Shown: in pieces, positions 1 to 8,964 of the stretch | Position numbering within the stretch: position 1 is the stretch's first letter | Layout: every line of letters starts with the position of its first letter | NCBI RefSeq assembly: GCF_000039765.1 | Contig: NC_004459.3 | Span: 90,001-122,000 of the forward strand | Direction of reading: 5' to 3' | DNA: 32,000 nucleotides | From: Vibrio vulnificus CMCP6 | Lineage (GTDB): Bacteria; Pseudomonadota; Gammaproteobacteria; Enterobacterales; Vibrionaceae | The notes under the pieces: model-generated | Databases searched by the model: none | Seen by the model: the letters and a program-made list of their open reading frames with translations, nothing else | What the model was told of the DNA's origin: nothing | Position numbers and translations under genes: made by a program

Positions 1-465
1 ACCGACCAAACGACTGCGGGTATTTTTTGAATGTTGAATGGCTCGAACAATTTCAGGAACGGTAGACGCATCCACTGGCGATTGTTCAGAAATTAAGTCG
101 ACACGGAACTGACCTGGAATGAGATTTTCTTCATCTTCAAACCACTCCACCGCTTTGAGCGAGTCGGCACGAATAGCTTCAATGCTCTTATCAATCGCGT
201 AGCGGGTACCTTTATAAATATGAATATCTAGTGCAGTGGCACAAACTCGACGTTTCGTTTCAATCGGCCAACTGTCATCCCAGTCATCGACAGAAAGCTC
301 CCATGCCAAATAAGGCAGAAGATCCTCTCGGCACGCCCACGGATTGAGAAAATCGCGAATATCGCGCTCAATCAAGCCAATCTCTTCCCAAAATATCTGC
401 TCTAAGACGCGCTCAAGCTTTGAAGCTGAAGGCGGTAAAGTCGTTACGAATTCGCCATTCATCAT
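1..465 (-). CDS. Phage tail protein I (P2 gpI-like), C-terminus cut by window edge
   Basis: Reverse-strand translation MMNGEFVTTLPPSASKLERVLEQIFWEEIGLIERDIRDFLNPWACREDLLPYLAWELSVDDWDDSWP... is typical of the P2 gpI family. The start overlaps the stop of the J-like gene. Confidence 0.85.
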   Translation of the reverse strand, partial: MMNGEFVTTLPPSASKLERVLEQIFWEEIGLIERDIRDFLNPWACREDLLPYLAWELSVDDWDDSWPIETKRRVCATALDIHIYKGTRYAIDKSIEAIRADSLKAVEWFEDEENLIPGQFRVDLISEQSPVDASTVPEIVRAIQHSKNTRSRLVG

Positions 466-1322
466 GCACCTGCCTTTCTCACCACAATTTCATAGCAATA
501 TGGCGCTTGCGATTTGGAGCAGGCGATCTCTTCCTGCGGGGCAATCAGCTCAACTTTTGAAACAGGTTGGTAAACGCTGTCTACACTGTCGCGCTTTACG
601 TGGGCAGCAGCGTAAATGGCGGAAAACGAGACATCGCCACCCAAGCGGTGTGCATCATCTGCCAACTTTTGTAAACGCTGCTGTGCCAACTGGAGCGTTT
701 GTTGCTCGCCAGGGCCAGTCGGCATATGCAGGGCAACTTCTATTCGGTAACGGGAAATTTCAGCAGGTAGCACAAATAGCCGATCGCTTAATGGCCTTTT
801 GGTTTGCGCATCGAGGTTGTCAAAAACAATCTGGCAGAGCTCTGGTGTCGCCACACCCTCATCTTTACGACTGAGGATATAAAGGTGAATTTGCAGATCA
901 ATGGGGTTAAGCGGGAAAGCATCGAGCACATCTTCATGGGCATTCAAAGCGTGGAAAATATAAGCGCCATCTGGCCCTGCAGTACTGAATCCTTCCGGTG
1001 CCATCTGAACGCGGCGGCGATATTGCTCATCCGTTTCAGTGTCATATTTTTCAACTGGGCGAGCAGCGCCTAAGTGCTGTAAATTCGCGCCACCGGAAAA
1101 TGCCACCATGTTATCCAAGCTCATGTCTTGGAATTCTTGCCTAGCACGTGTCACTTCTTCAGACATAGCGGAAAAAGCGTTGTAGAGTGGGTCTCCCACT
1201 TTTGGAGCATCGATACCCATCAGCTGCGCATAGCGATTAAGCATGCGCGCTCGAATGCTTGCTGCATCGAGTTGTTTCACCACTTCCGGTGGCGGTAGCT
1301 GAGGAATTTCAATCTGACTCAA
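462..1322 (-). CDS. Baseplate assembly protein J-like (P2 gpJ)
   Basis: 286 aa, MSQIEIPQLPPPEVVKQLDAASIRARMLNRYAQ..., AYRRRVQMAPEGFSTAGPDGAYIFHALNA-type gpJ motif. Order V-W-J-I is as in P2. Confidence 0.88.
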   Translation of the reverse strand: MSQIEIPQLPPPEVVKQLDAASIRARMLNRYAQLMGIDAPKVGDPLYNAFSAMSEEVTRARQEFQDMSLDNMVAFSGGANLQHLGAARPVEKYDTETDEQYRRRVQMAPEGFSTAGPDGAYIFHALNAHEDVLDAFPLNPIDLQIHLYILSRKDEGVATPELCQIVFDNLDAQTKRPLSDRLFVLPAEISRYRIEVALHMPTGPGEQQTLQLAQQRLQKLADDAHRLGGDVSFSAIYAAAHVKRDSVDSVYQPVSKVELIAPQEEIACSKSQAPYCYEIVVRKAGA

Positions 1323-1666
1323 ACTCGAAGCCCTGTGATGCGCTCAACGCTGCCATCAAACAGCAACGTTACGTCTAACGAAATGGAGACACTATTCTCA
1401 CCGCGCTCCAACCAAACCTTGTTGAGTTTTAGCTCGTCAACAAAGCCATTGGGAGGGTGTGCCAGCATCTCAGCGATATCGGCATAGATATCCATTTCAA
1501 GTTCTGGCGTGATATTGCGGTCCACTCGTTCAGGGAGATTTGAGCCAAAACTGCGATTAAGGGGCACGGTTCGGCGACGAGTTCGCATGCAACGCTGAAT
1601 GCGCTGCCTCAATTCTTCTACACCTGTGATGAGCTCACCTGTGGTTTCATGAATTCCGGTTGCCAT
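1319..1666 (-). CDS. Baseplate assembly protein W-like (gpW/gp25 lysozyme-like family)
   Basis: 115 aa with RRTVPLNRSFGSNLPERVDRNITPELEMDIYADIAEML. Sits between PAAR and J; overlaps the J start. Confidence 0.85.
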   Translation of the reverse strand: MATGIHETTGELITGVEELRQRIQRCMRTRRRTVPLNRSFGSNLPERVDRNITPELEMDIYADIAEMLAHPPNGFVDELKLNKVWLERGENSVSISLDVTLLFDGSVERITGLRV

Positions 1667-1669
1667 GAT

Positions 1670-1957
1670 TTACCCTGCGAAAACGTTGGGAGAACCTGCC
1701 GCGACAGCAGAGCCACAATCGACACTGTCGCCAATTCGTGCCAGTGCCTGACCATTCACAAACACTGTAGAGCTGCCTGTGGCTTGAGTTCCTGCGTGGC
1801 AGGAAGGAGAAGGATTACAGTGAACCGCCCATGAATCACCCACTCTTAACGCAGGCTTACCGTTTATAAAGACGTTACCGCTGCCGCTTGTTGATGTGCG
1901 AGGTGGAAAGGCGCCGTGTCCTGTACAACCGTCACCCTGTCGGGATGCTGCTGGCAT
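1670..1957 (-). CDS. PAAR-domain spike-tip protein
   Basis: MPAASRQGDGCTGHGAFPPRTSTSGSGNVFINGKPALRVGDSW...GSSTVFVNGQALARIGDSVDCGS is a classic PAAR repeat. The internal ATG at 1957 is favoured over the track start at 1972 because of GAGGAG spacing. Confidence 0.85.
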   Translation of the reverse strand: MPAASRQGDGCTGHGAFPPRTSTSGSGNVFINGKPALRVGDSWAVHCNPSPSCHAGTQATGSSTVFVNGQALARIGDSVDCGSAVAAGSPNVFAG

Positions 1958-2417
1958 GCATGTACTCCTCAAGCTTTTGTTTACCTGAACTGTAATCGTG
2001 GTGAAGCACTACGTTCCAAGAGCGAGAAGTAAAGAATTCGGTTTCTTGTCCGGTGTCATCCGTTTGTGTGCCGTAGGCTTCAACCGTGACACTAACCGTG
2101 ATGGTGGATTGTTCCGAGGGACGAAACTCAACCAGATCCTTGCCTGGGGGTAAATCAGGCCAGGAAAAAACACGAGTGAGAACGCCGTTCTCGAGATATT
2201 CAATAAACTGTGGCCGAAAGAGCAACGGCATATCGTGAATAAGAACTTCAGCCGACTGCGCACTGGTTTGCGCACTGAAAACATCCGGAAAGTAAGGAGA
2301 AAATGTTACCTCATACCGAGACACTTCAACGGTTTCATCCTGGTAATAGATCGAGAAACGCTGATCAACATCCGTGTCCAGCGTTTCTAGTAGCAGCGGT
2401 TCTTCTGGCGTCCACAT
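1932..2417 (-). CDS. Conserved phage baseplate-region protein of unknown function
   Basis: 161-aa ORF in tight operon between gpV-like and PAAR genes. Confidence 0.65.
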   Translation of the reverse strand: MWTPEEPLLLETLDTDVDQRFSIYYQDETVEVSRYEVTFSPYFPDVFSAQTSAQSAEVLIHDMPLLFRPQFIEYLENGVLTRVFSWPDLPPGKDLVEFRPSEQSTITVSVTVEAYGTQTDDTGQETEFFTSRSWNVVLHHDYSSGKQKLEEYMHASSIPTG

Positions 2418-2418
2418 A

Positions 2419-3042
2419 TCAGTTAAGGTTCAATCGAGGTGTGCTGATGTTAATCGGAGAATCCGCGGAGTGCGTCATTTCTCCTGCGCTGTGCAAATTC
2501 ATAGTGGCATCAGTGGATTGGCTCATTTGCCCTTTGCTATGGAAGGTCATCGTACCTTTGCTATGGAAGGTCATCGTACCTTCGCTATTGAAAGTCATAT
2601 CACCACTACTTTTTATCTCAACATTTTGTGTTGCAGTCAGCTTTGCGTTGCCTGCCGTGGTTAAGATCAAATCACCCTCGACGTGACCTGTCAGCTTGTG
2701 TTCTTCCATATCGTATTCAAGCCAGGTGCCATCAGGAAACTCGTGGTAATAGAGGTTCAGTTGCTCTTTGGGCTGGTCAAACTTGGTTTGGTTTAGGCTG
2801 GCAACAATCACGCCCCCTTGTGCCCCAAACGGTTTTAGCACCACAACTTGCTCGCCCACTTGCAGGGGCTTAAAACTGCGCACCTCGGCAGCGTGGCTAA
2901 CGTTCATGGGAATCCAGCCGCTCACGCGGTTTTCATCAAACTGAACTTTGTAGCGCAGCGGCTTAGCTTGCACTTCGATGATGGTGCCAAACTGGATCAT
3001 TTCACTGAGAAGGCGAACAAGTTGCGAAGGCGTATGACTCAT
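2419..3042 (-). CDS. Baseplate assembly protein V-like (spike, OB-fold plus beta-helix)
   Basis: LGEQVVVLKPFGAQGGVIVASLNQ-type N-terminus, then an 8-residue periodic C-terminus (GTMTFHSK...). Positioned ahead of PAAR/W/J. Confidence 0.85.
   Translation of the reverse strand: MSHTPSQLVRLLSEMIQFGTIIEVQAKPLRYKVQFDENRVSGWIPMNVSHAAEVRSFKPLQVGEQVVVLKPFGAQGGVIVASLNQTKFDQPKEQLNLYYHEFPDGTWLEYDMEEHKLTGHVEGDLILTTAGNAKLTATQNVEIKSSGDMTFNSEGTMTFHSKGTMTFHSKGQMSQSTDATMNLHSAGEMTHSADSPINISTPRLNLN
2533..2604 (-). repeat. 24-bp tandem repeat inside gpV-like gene (two identical copies plus one degenerate)
   Basis: TTTGCTATGGAAGGTCATCGTACC at 2533-2556 and 2557-2580, then TTCGCTATTGAAAGTCATATCACC at 2581-2604. 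Confidence 0.9.
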
Positions 3043-3578
3043 TAGAAATTCTCGTCCACAGAGAAATAATCGTCTTCATGGCCAAAGCCGACATCCGGCG
3101 ATTGCGAAACGGATATCTCCTCTGGCAACTCACTTGGCCCAACAGGTAGCCAATCTATTTCGCCGGCTAAATCAAATGGGCCTGCTCGACATTCAGAGAT
3201 AAACCAACCATCCGGTGCCTCCTGTTGCTGAGACGTGGAAACAGACAGGATCGAGATATTGCCGAACGCACTTGAGTTGCAGAAGTTTCGCCACTCTTGC
3301 AAGAACTCGAGTTCAGCTCTCTCAACATCAAGCCCTTTGGCTTTGGAGCCACAGTAAATACGGCCGATCACCAGCAGCTTGATATAGGTGTTGTAGGCGT
3401 CATTGGGGATCTCACCTATATAGATCACAGTGAGCTCTCCGCGCTCCAAGTCGCTATTTTTGTAGGCGCTTCTGTCTTGCCAGTTGCGGCTTACGTTGCG
3501 CTCTGTATAACGAGTGCTAAACCCCGCCACCATTGCATCAAGAATCTGATTTAGGTTGCGTTCTTCTTGAGCCATCAC
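3042..3578 (-). CDS. Phage protein, unknown (tail/virion region)
   Basis: 178-aa ORF overlapping neighbouring structural genes by 1-4 nt. Confidence 0.65.
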   Translation of the reverse strand: MMAQEERNLNQILDAMVAGFSTRYTERNVSRNWQDRSAYKNSDLERGELTVIYIGEIPNDAYNTYIKLLVIGRIYCGSKAKGLDVERAELEFLQEWRNFCNSSAFGNISILSVSTSQQQEAPDGWFISECRAGPFDLAGEIDWLPVGPSELPEEISVSQSPDVGFGHEDDYFSVDENF

Positions 3579-4075
3579 ACACTCCTTAATCCTGCTCGAC
3601 TCAATGCCATCTGCACCGAGGCATTGAGAATGTCAGACACTTTGTCTTGAGTTTGCTCTGCCGCTCTGTCGTAAAAATCGTCCGCTGGCGTACCATTTCT
3701 GGCAATTGAGCGAGCAATCATAAATGCCAGGTCTCGTTGGTCGGTATTGGGTGTTTTGGGTTGTATCCGTTTGACCTTCACCCAATCCAAGACAGATTGA
3801 ATCGGCGGCATACCTTGGGGGCCAGTTTCCTGCACAACCCAATTGTTGTAGTTCAGTGAGCTGGTGATCATACGACTAAGCTCCCCAACAACATTCGAAC
3901 GTATTGAGTTGACTAATAGACTTTCCGCTTTAGGCGCCTCTTCTCTCGCCGCTCGAGAGACGAACGAACCAGCATAGCTAACGGCAGATTTTAAATGCTG
4001 GTTCAAAACATTAGGAGCCGTTCGAAATGCTTCATCCAGCGCAGAGGTATTGATCTCGATATGAAGCTCACGCAT
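3575..4075 (-). CDS. Phage head-tail/tail completion-like protein (HK97 gp10-like)
   Basis: 166 aa, SAVSYAGSFVSRAAREEAPKAESLLVNSIRSN, resembling gp10/tail-completion proteins. Operon position fits. Confidence 0.5.
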   Translation of the reverse strand: MRELHIEINTSALDEAFRTAPNVLNQHLKSAVSYAGSFVSRAAREEAPKAESLLVNSIRSNVVGELSRMITSSLNYNNWVVQETGPQGMPPIQSVLDWVKVKRIQPKTPNTDQRDLAFMIARSIARNGTPADDFYDRAAEQTQDKVSDILNASVQMALSRAGLRSV

Positions 4076-4673
4076 GGTTTACCTGCTCGAGAAACTGATT
4101 CATCAATTGCTGATGTACCGCCGCGGGCGTGCCGTTCTTGGCTTCTCCACCAATGCTGTTACGAACCGAAACAGTTTTATTTAGCTGATGAACCATGATG
4201 TACTTAACCGCCTCGGCTAGGCAGCGAAGCAGCAACAGCGGCTCATCTTGCGCATCAATCGAGAAGCTATCGCCACTTATCTTACGTGCTGCGTAATAGG
4301 TGTAAGAGAAATCTCGACCACAGCTCATCACAACCGAATCGGCGGGGAAATGAGAAAGCTGCAACCACTTTTTATCCTGGTCATCTTCAACCACCGTTAG
4401 CCTTGGCAAGCTGCGCGGGTAACCGCTTTCCCAAGGGTTTTTCGCACGCTGGCTTTGCCCGTATAAAACGGTCCGCACCTGCATGAGATCGGCAGGTGCG
4501 AGATAGAGCATTTGGCCTGTCATAAGCGAAAAGGTACCTAGCTTCTTTTGCGGCCGATAGCGGCTGTAATCGGCTAAGGCAACCTCGATCACCTGTTGTT
4601 CAACACCACTGATGAGCTCCGCACTATCCATCAACGCATTTTTGAGCCTTTCAGTCAGGGTAGAAATCTGCAT
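4068..4673 (-). CDS. Phage protein, possible head-tail connector
   Basis: 201-aa ORF in structural operon. Function inferred mainly from position. Confidence 0.5.
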   Translation of the reverse strand: MQISTLTERLKNALMDSAELISGVEQQVIEVALADYSRYRPQKKLGTFSLMTGQMLYLAPADLMQVRTVLYGQSQRAKNPWESGYPRSLPRLTVVEDDQDKKWLQLSHFPADSVVMSCGRDFSYTYYAARKISGDSFSIDAQDEPLLLLRCLAEAVKYIMVHQLNKTVSVRNSIGGEAKNGTPAAVHQQLMNQFLEQVNHA

Positions 4674-4681
4674 ACCATCCC

Positions 4682-4978
4682 CTATTTACGGACGAAGTAA
4701 GCGAATGCGGAAGAGACAACCCCAAGTAACAACCAGATAAGATCACGGTTGTACTTGGTTTTTTCATTGGTTCCGCTTTGGCTTTGCTCTACTGGCCGCA
4801 GTCGGCTTTCCACATCGTCAACCGTGCGCTCTAAGCGCATGAATTGACTTTCAAGATTCGAATGCTTGGTTTGCAATTCAACCATTTGCCTCATTAACTG
4901 CGTTTGCTGTTTCATGTAGTCGCGCATTTCAATTCGAAAAGAGTGAAACTCGCCTTGAGAGACAGGATTACCGGACAT
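4682..4978 (-). CDS. Small coiled-coil protein with C-terminal transmembrane segment
   Basis: Probable start MSGNPVSQGEFHSF at 4978; ends RDLIWLLLGVVSSAFAYFVRK. Next to holin. Confidence 0.55.
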   Translation of the reverse strand: MSGNPVSQGEFHSFRIEMRDYMKQQTQLMRQMVELQTKHSNLESQFMRLERTVDDVESRLRPVEQSQSGTNEKTKYNRDLIWLLLGVVSSAFAYFVRK

Positions 4979-5564
4979 TGCCACCTCCACGGAGTGCTGA
5001 AGCAATGCCACCAAGTACGCCCGCTGGCGCAATACCAGCGGAAACTTGTTTGTCTTGTGAGCGCTTATGAATGTTCAAACCAAGAACCGTTAGTGCGACA
5101 GAAAACAAAGCCGTCAGCTTTGCCGCTCCGGTAAAAGCTTGTTCGGTAAATTCAGGATGAAACAACATCAGCCCTGCAATACCAAAAAATAACGATGTCC
5201 AAGCTAAACAAACCGCATAACCAAACGTCGGACGCCAACGGCGAACATACGCATCATCGCTGTTCAGCTCAGCAACCATCAACTTATGCTGCTCAGTGAT
5301 CACCAGTTTGCGTTCTGCGCTTTCTAGTTCCGCTTGCTGATAGGAAAGCTCACGCAGCCGAACACGCTCTTCACTTTCCATCTGTTTGATTTTGACCAAA
5401 GCATCTGGATTACGAACCAGTTCTGCTTCGATTGCTTCCGCCGAGTTCTCCACCCCTAACGTTTCGGCAATCAGGGCGCCAACGGAAGCACCTGCAGGCC
5501 CACCGACCAAACTGCCGACAAGTGGTGCTGCGCCCCCAATCAGAGACTTCACTTTGTCCCACAT
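4968..5564 (-). CDS. Holin of 3TM/gene-transfer-release type
   Basis: MWDKVKSLIGGAAPLVGSLVGGPAGASVGALIAETLG... VRRWRPTFGYAVCLAWTSLFFG... is typical of the 3TM holin family. Confidence 0.75.
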   Translation of the reverse strand: MWDKVKSLIGGAAPLVGSLVGGPAGASVGALIAETLGVENSAEAIEAELVRNPDALVKIKQMESEERVRLRELSYQQAELESAERKLVITEQHKLMVAELNSDDAYVRRWRPTFGYAVCLAWTSLFFGIAGLMLFHPEFTEQAFTGAAKLTALFSVALTVLGLNIHKRSQDKQVSAGIAPAGVLGGIASALRGGGNVR

Positions 5565-5613
5565 AGTTGCTCCTTAGTTGGTACCGTCATCAATGACGGT
5601 ACCAACCATTAAC

Positions 5614-6204
5614 TTATTGTTCAGAGGTGGCTTTTAACTTAGATAGCGCGTCTTGAATCAGGGCTAGCTTCACTTGGTCATCACCAACCGCCAGCAGCTC
5701 AATTTGCAGCTCACTCTCATCTTTGCCTTCGAGCGTTTTGGCATAAGAGGCAGGGTCAAAATCGCGTTCAGCAGTTCGTACCGCCAGTTCATCTTCGATC
5801 TCTTTGAGTAGCCCTTTACGCTTCTGGTCGAGGGTTTCCAGTTCTGATAAACGCTTTAACTCGTCGTCGTTTAACGAGGAAAAGAAAGGCTTGATATCGT
5901 CGATTTTGAGCGCCAGTAGCTGCTCAAATACCTGATCTTGAAACTTACCCGCATTGGCTTTGTTAGGGTTTTCAAAATGAATAATGGGTAGGCGTGCGGC
6001 TTGCATTGGCTGCACAACCGTTTCACCGAAGTACTTGGGCGTAATGCCAAAGTTAATGAACAGCACCATTAGCTTACGATTGATTTCAGCGGATGCCGGT
6101 ACAAAACGGGCATCCACTTCGCGAGTTTCACCGGGCTGAACTGAGCGGCCACCGATATTCACGGTTTGTTCTGAATGGTTGGTAAATGCAGTAGTGATAG
6201 ACAT
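5614..6204 (-). CDS. Phage protein of unknown function, downstream of capsid gene
   Basis: 196-aa ORF, MSITTAFTNHSEQTVNIGGRSVQPGETREVDARFVP..., with an acidic coiled-coil C-terminus. Confidence 0.6.
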   Translation of the reverse strand: MSITTAFTNHSEQTVNIGGRSVQPGETREVDARFVPASAEINRKLMVLFINFGITPKYFGETVVQPMQAARLPIIHFENPNKANAGKFQDQVFEQLLALKIDDIKPFFSSLNDDELKRLSELETLDQKRKGLLKEIEDELAVRTAERDFDPASYAKTLEGKDESELQIELLAVGDDQVKLALIQDALSKLKATSEQ

Positions 6205-6237
6205 GATGGGTCACCTAAACCTTTGAGTAAGAAAAAA

Positions 6238-6267
6238 GCCCCGTTGCCTTACAAGCAGTAACGGGGC
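6238..6267 (-). terminator. Rho-independent terminator after capsid polyprotein gene
   Basis: Minus strand GCCCCGTT-ACTGCTTGTAAGGC-AACGGGGC followed by TTTTTT. Confidence 0.8.
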
Positions 6268-6278
6268 AATGGCTCGTA

Positions 6279-8855
6279 TTAGCGGCCTGACTGTGAATAG
6301 AAGAGTACGCTGGTAAAGCGGTTACGAATTGGCTTCGGACAGTGAATCGCGTTGTACTCTTCACCGTAAGCTTCTTTACCACCTTTGAGCTGACCATTAG
6401 CATCACGCGCTTCTTGCATTTCACTGAGCGTGAATGGCTTAACGACCGTGTAAGTGAGCGCACCTTTCTGACCCATGATGATCCGCTCATCCCCCAAGTG
6501 CGTGGCTGGCGCATTGGTTGAAAACGAAGGCAGTGCTTTCACCATCTCTAAGTCACCTTGTGCGGTGGTATCAGAGCCGTTGCGCTTCATCGAGGCGACA
6601 AACTGCTCCGCATTGGTACAGGTGTCATTGAGGGTGTTCGACATCAGCAAGAAATCTGGCGTAACAAAGCGATCATCTTTCATGATGGCTTTACGGCGAC
6701 CAATGGCTTGAAGCAGCTTGTTGTAGTGCTTCTCTGGCGCCATACCATCTGGAATATCGCTATCTACTTTGACGATGTTGGTTGCAAAACTGTAGCCAAC
6801 GCTCGCTGCATTCGCGGTGACTGGTTTCAGATCGCCCGATTCATCAACCAGGACAAACTTACCTAGGTTGTAAGAAGTCACGATGTAGTATGTGCCTGGG
6901 GCTTGAGTGCCTGAGCCGTCATAAGGCTGAATGGTCGTGCCATCAATTTGTAGTGTGATTGGGTTTTCAGCGTTACCCACAGTGTTTCCTTGCAGATCAT
7001 ACTGCTGATGCGGCGCCACAATCGGGAACTGAGCGGTTTTAAACTCCGCTTTGTCTTGCAGTTGGTTGGCAATGTCTTCACCTTGGATAGGCGCCGCAAG
7101 GTATGAGTCCGCTACGCGCTGCATGGTGTTCACAATGCGGCGAGCGACCAGTTCTTTGATGATGCGGCTCGCTGTCGCGACGTTGCGCCCCCAAGCATCC
7201 CAGTTAATGGCAGACGACTTGGAAAAATGCATTAACTCGTTCGAGACTTCAAACGCCACTTTCATTGGCAAGACATACGCCAAATCCATGCGCTGCGAGT
7301 TCTTCACTTTCGGAATGGTACCGTGCTCAAACACAATGCCATCGCCCATGATCGCCGACACATCGCGGTTTTCATAAGGGATATTGGTTGTCGCTGATGC
7401 GCTGAAGTCGGTCAGCGTTTGTACCAGTTGCAACACATTAAGGTCAGAAAGCGCTTCGCGAATCACTTCACGCTGCACAGAAACAGGCAGTTCGCTGTCT
7501 GACACGATGTTGGCGCTGCCTTGGCCTGTTAACGCCAAGCGTTCAGCATGAATCTTGTGATGATGTAAGCGGTCGAACTCGGCCAGCACTTGGCGAGCAA
7601 ACACGGGCAGTTCTTTCTCTTCCGTTAAACGCAACTGACCAAGTGCATAGGTATTGGTGTTGCGAAGCGCCGAGTGAATTTGCGCTTGCAGCTGCAAACT
7701 TTCACGCTGCTGGTCGGGTGTTTGAGTGAGAGAGCCAGTGACACTGCCAAAGCCTAAGCCATTCAACTGAATGGAGACCATTTTCTCGTTGCCATGCTTA
7801 ATTTGGTTTTCTGCCAGTTTGGTGATCTGCTCATCCGACATATCAACGCTAATAAGCGCAGACGCTTCTTTCAGCTCTTTCTTCACTTCATCACTGAGCC
7901 CTTCCGCTTTGTCGATCGCTTCCGTGAAGATTTTCACTTTCGCAGTGAGCTTTTGCTGTTTCTCCGCCTGTTCTTGCGCGGTTTTGCTGGCTTGCTCACC
8001 AAGAATACGCAGCACGTCCGCTTCACTGAGCGAACCGCCCGTTAAATTGATCACCGGCACCGCAGGGTTGCCGGATTCTGAAAGCTGCATGGCCACGCCT
8101 TCAAACTGTTCACTCAATTTGGTGGCTTGGGTCTCATCACTGATGCCGCTTAGTGAATCAGTCAGCAGTTTGACCATGGCTGTGTGTTGTTTGGCAGAGA
8201 GTTTCATGCCTTTCAGTTTGCTTTCAAACTGGGCGATCAGTTGTTTCCACATGGTTTGACGTTCCTCAGAGAATTTTTGAGCAAGAGACTCGGAAAGATA
8301 AGTGGGGCATTCATGAAGGCAGGCTTCACTGAGTTCGATCTGGTCTAGGTTTTTGATACATGGACGCGTGACCAAACCTGCACCTAGCAGGGTTGGGCCA
8401 AACTCAGAATATTGGCCATTGGTTCCGGCCTCGTTGCTGACATAGTTGAGATGTATTTCGGCGGATAAGTACTTAAAGCCTTCTTTGGTGACTTTATTAA
8501 TGCCGAGTTCGAACCACTCCACCTCTGCACGTAAACGTCCACGGTCGGTAAACAGGCGTTTCACCACCGCCCCTGCGCCATCTTCTGGCTTATGCGCGAT
8601 GTCGATAAAGATCTCCTGACCATAAACCCCATCGTTAAAGTTTTTGATCATGGAATCGAACATGCTCTGGGTCAGTTCAAATTCGCCGTAACGTGGATCA
8701 TTAAATCTGCCGGTTCGGGTAATCGTGACAACACTGCGTTTTGCGGCTCCGGTATCCACCTTGACCGCATCAGATAAGAGATGAATCACCCCTTGTGTTG
8801 TGGTTGCACCCAGTACCAAAACGCCAGAGGCTTTTAACAATTGTCTTTGATTCAT
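6279..8855 (-). CDS. Fused prohead protease (Mu I/U35-like), scaffold and major capsid protein
   Basis: 858 aa. N-terminus FIDIAHKPEDGAGAVVKRLFTDRGRLRAEVEW...EGFKYLSAEIHLNYVSNEAG (Mu protease I signature). Coiled middle. C-terminus ENRDVSAIMGDGIVFEHGTIPKVKNSQRMDLAYVLPMKVAFEVSNELMHFS... is capsid-like. The ORF is uninterrupted. Confidence 0.78.
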   Translation of the reverse strand: MNQRQLLKASGVLVLGATTTQGVIHLLSDAVKVDTGAAKRSVVTITRTGRFNDPRYGEFELTQSMFDSMIKNFNDGVYGQEIFIDIAHKPEDGAGAVVKRLFTDRGRLRAEVEWFELGINKVTKEGFKYLSAEIHLNYVSNEAGTNGQYSEFGPTLLGAGLVTRPCIKNLDQIELSEACLHECPTYLSESLAQKFSEERQTMWKQLIAQFESKLKGMKLSAKQHTAMVKLLTDSLSGISDETQATKLSEQFEGVAMQLSESGNPAVPVINLTGGSLSEADVLRILGEQASKTAQEQAEKQQKLTAKVKIFTEAIDKAEGLSDEVKKELKEASALISVDMSDEQITKLAENQIKHGNEKMVSIQLNGLGFGSVTGSLTQTPDQQRESLQLQAQIHSALRNTNTYALGQLRLTEEKELPVFARQVLAEFDRLHHHKIHAERLALTGQGSANIVSDSELPVSVQREVIREALSDLNVLQLVQTLTDFSASATTNIPYENRDVSAIMGDGIVFEHGTIPKVKNSQRMDLAYVLPMKVAFEVSNELMHFSKSSAINWDAWGRNVATASRIIKELVARRIVNTMQRVADSYLAAPIQGEDIANQLQDKAEFKTAQFPIVAPHQQYDLQGNTVGNAENPITLQIDGTTIQPYDGSGTQAPGTYYIVTSYNLGKFVLVDESGDLKPVTANAASVGYSFATNIVKVDSDIPDGMAPEKHYNKLLQAIGRRKAIMKDDRFVTPDFLLMSNTLNDTCTNAEQFVASMKRNGSDTTAQGDLEMVKALPSFSTNAPATHLGDERIIMGQKGALTYTVVKPFTLSEMQEARDANGQLKGGKEAYGEEYNAIHCPKPIRNRFTSVLFYSQSGR

Positions 8856-8871
8856 TTCCTGTCCTTAAAAC

Positions 8872-8900
8872 GAAAAAAGCCCCTGAAAATGTCAGGGGCT
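8872..8900 (-). terminator. Rho-independent terminator between cargo island and capsid gene
   Basis: Minus strand AGCCCCTGA-CATTT-TCAGGGGCT then TTTTTT; perfect 9-bp stem. Confidence 0.85.
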
Positions 8901-8964
8901 CGGTCGCCAATTAAGGGCAGTTTGAGTGATGAAAGTAACCGTTGGGAGGGTTAGATAATAGCTA

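Noticed and set aside
344-874. 176-aa plus-strand ORF
   Set aside because: Antisense to the gpI/gpJ genes, with low-complexity basic composition and no recognisable motif. The reverse-strand genes explain the region.
2533-2604. Short tandem repeat considered as a CRISPR-like array
   Set aside because: Units are contiguous without unique spacers and encode a protein beta-helix repeat; no cas genes seen.
2303-2686. Plus-strand ORFs with repeated MEGHRTFA/LLWKVIVP peptides
   Set aside because: The repeats are the antisense reading of the 24-bp tandem repeat in the gpV-like gene; not a separate repeat protein.
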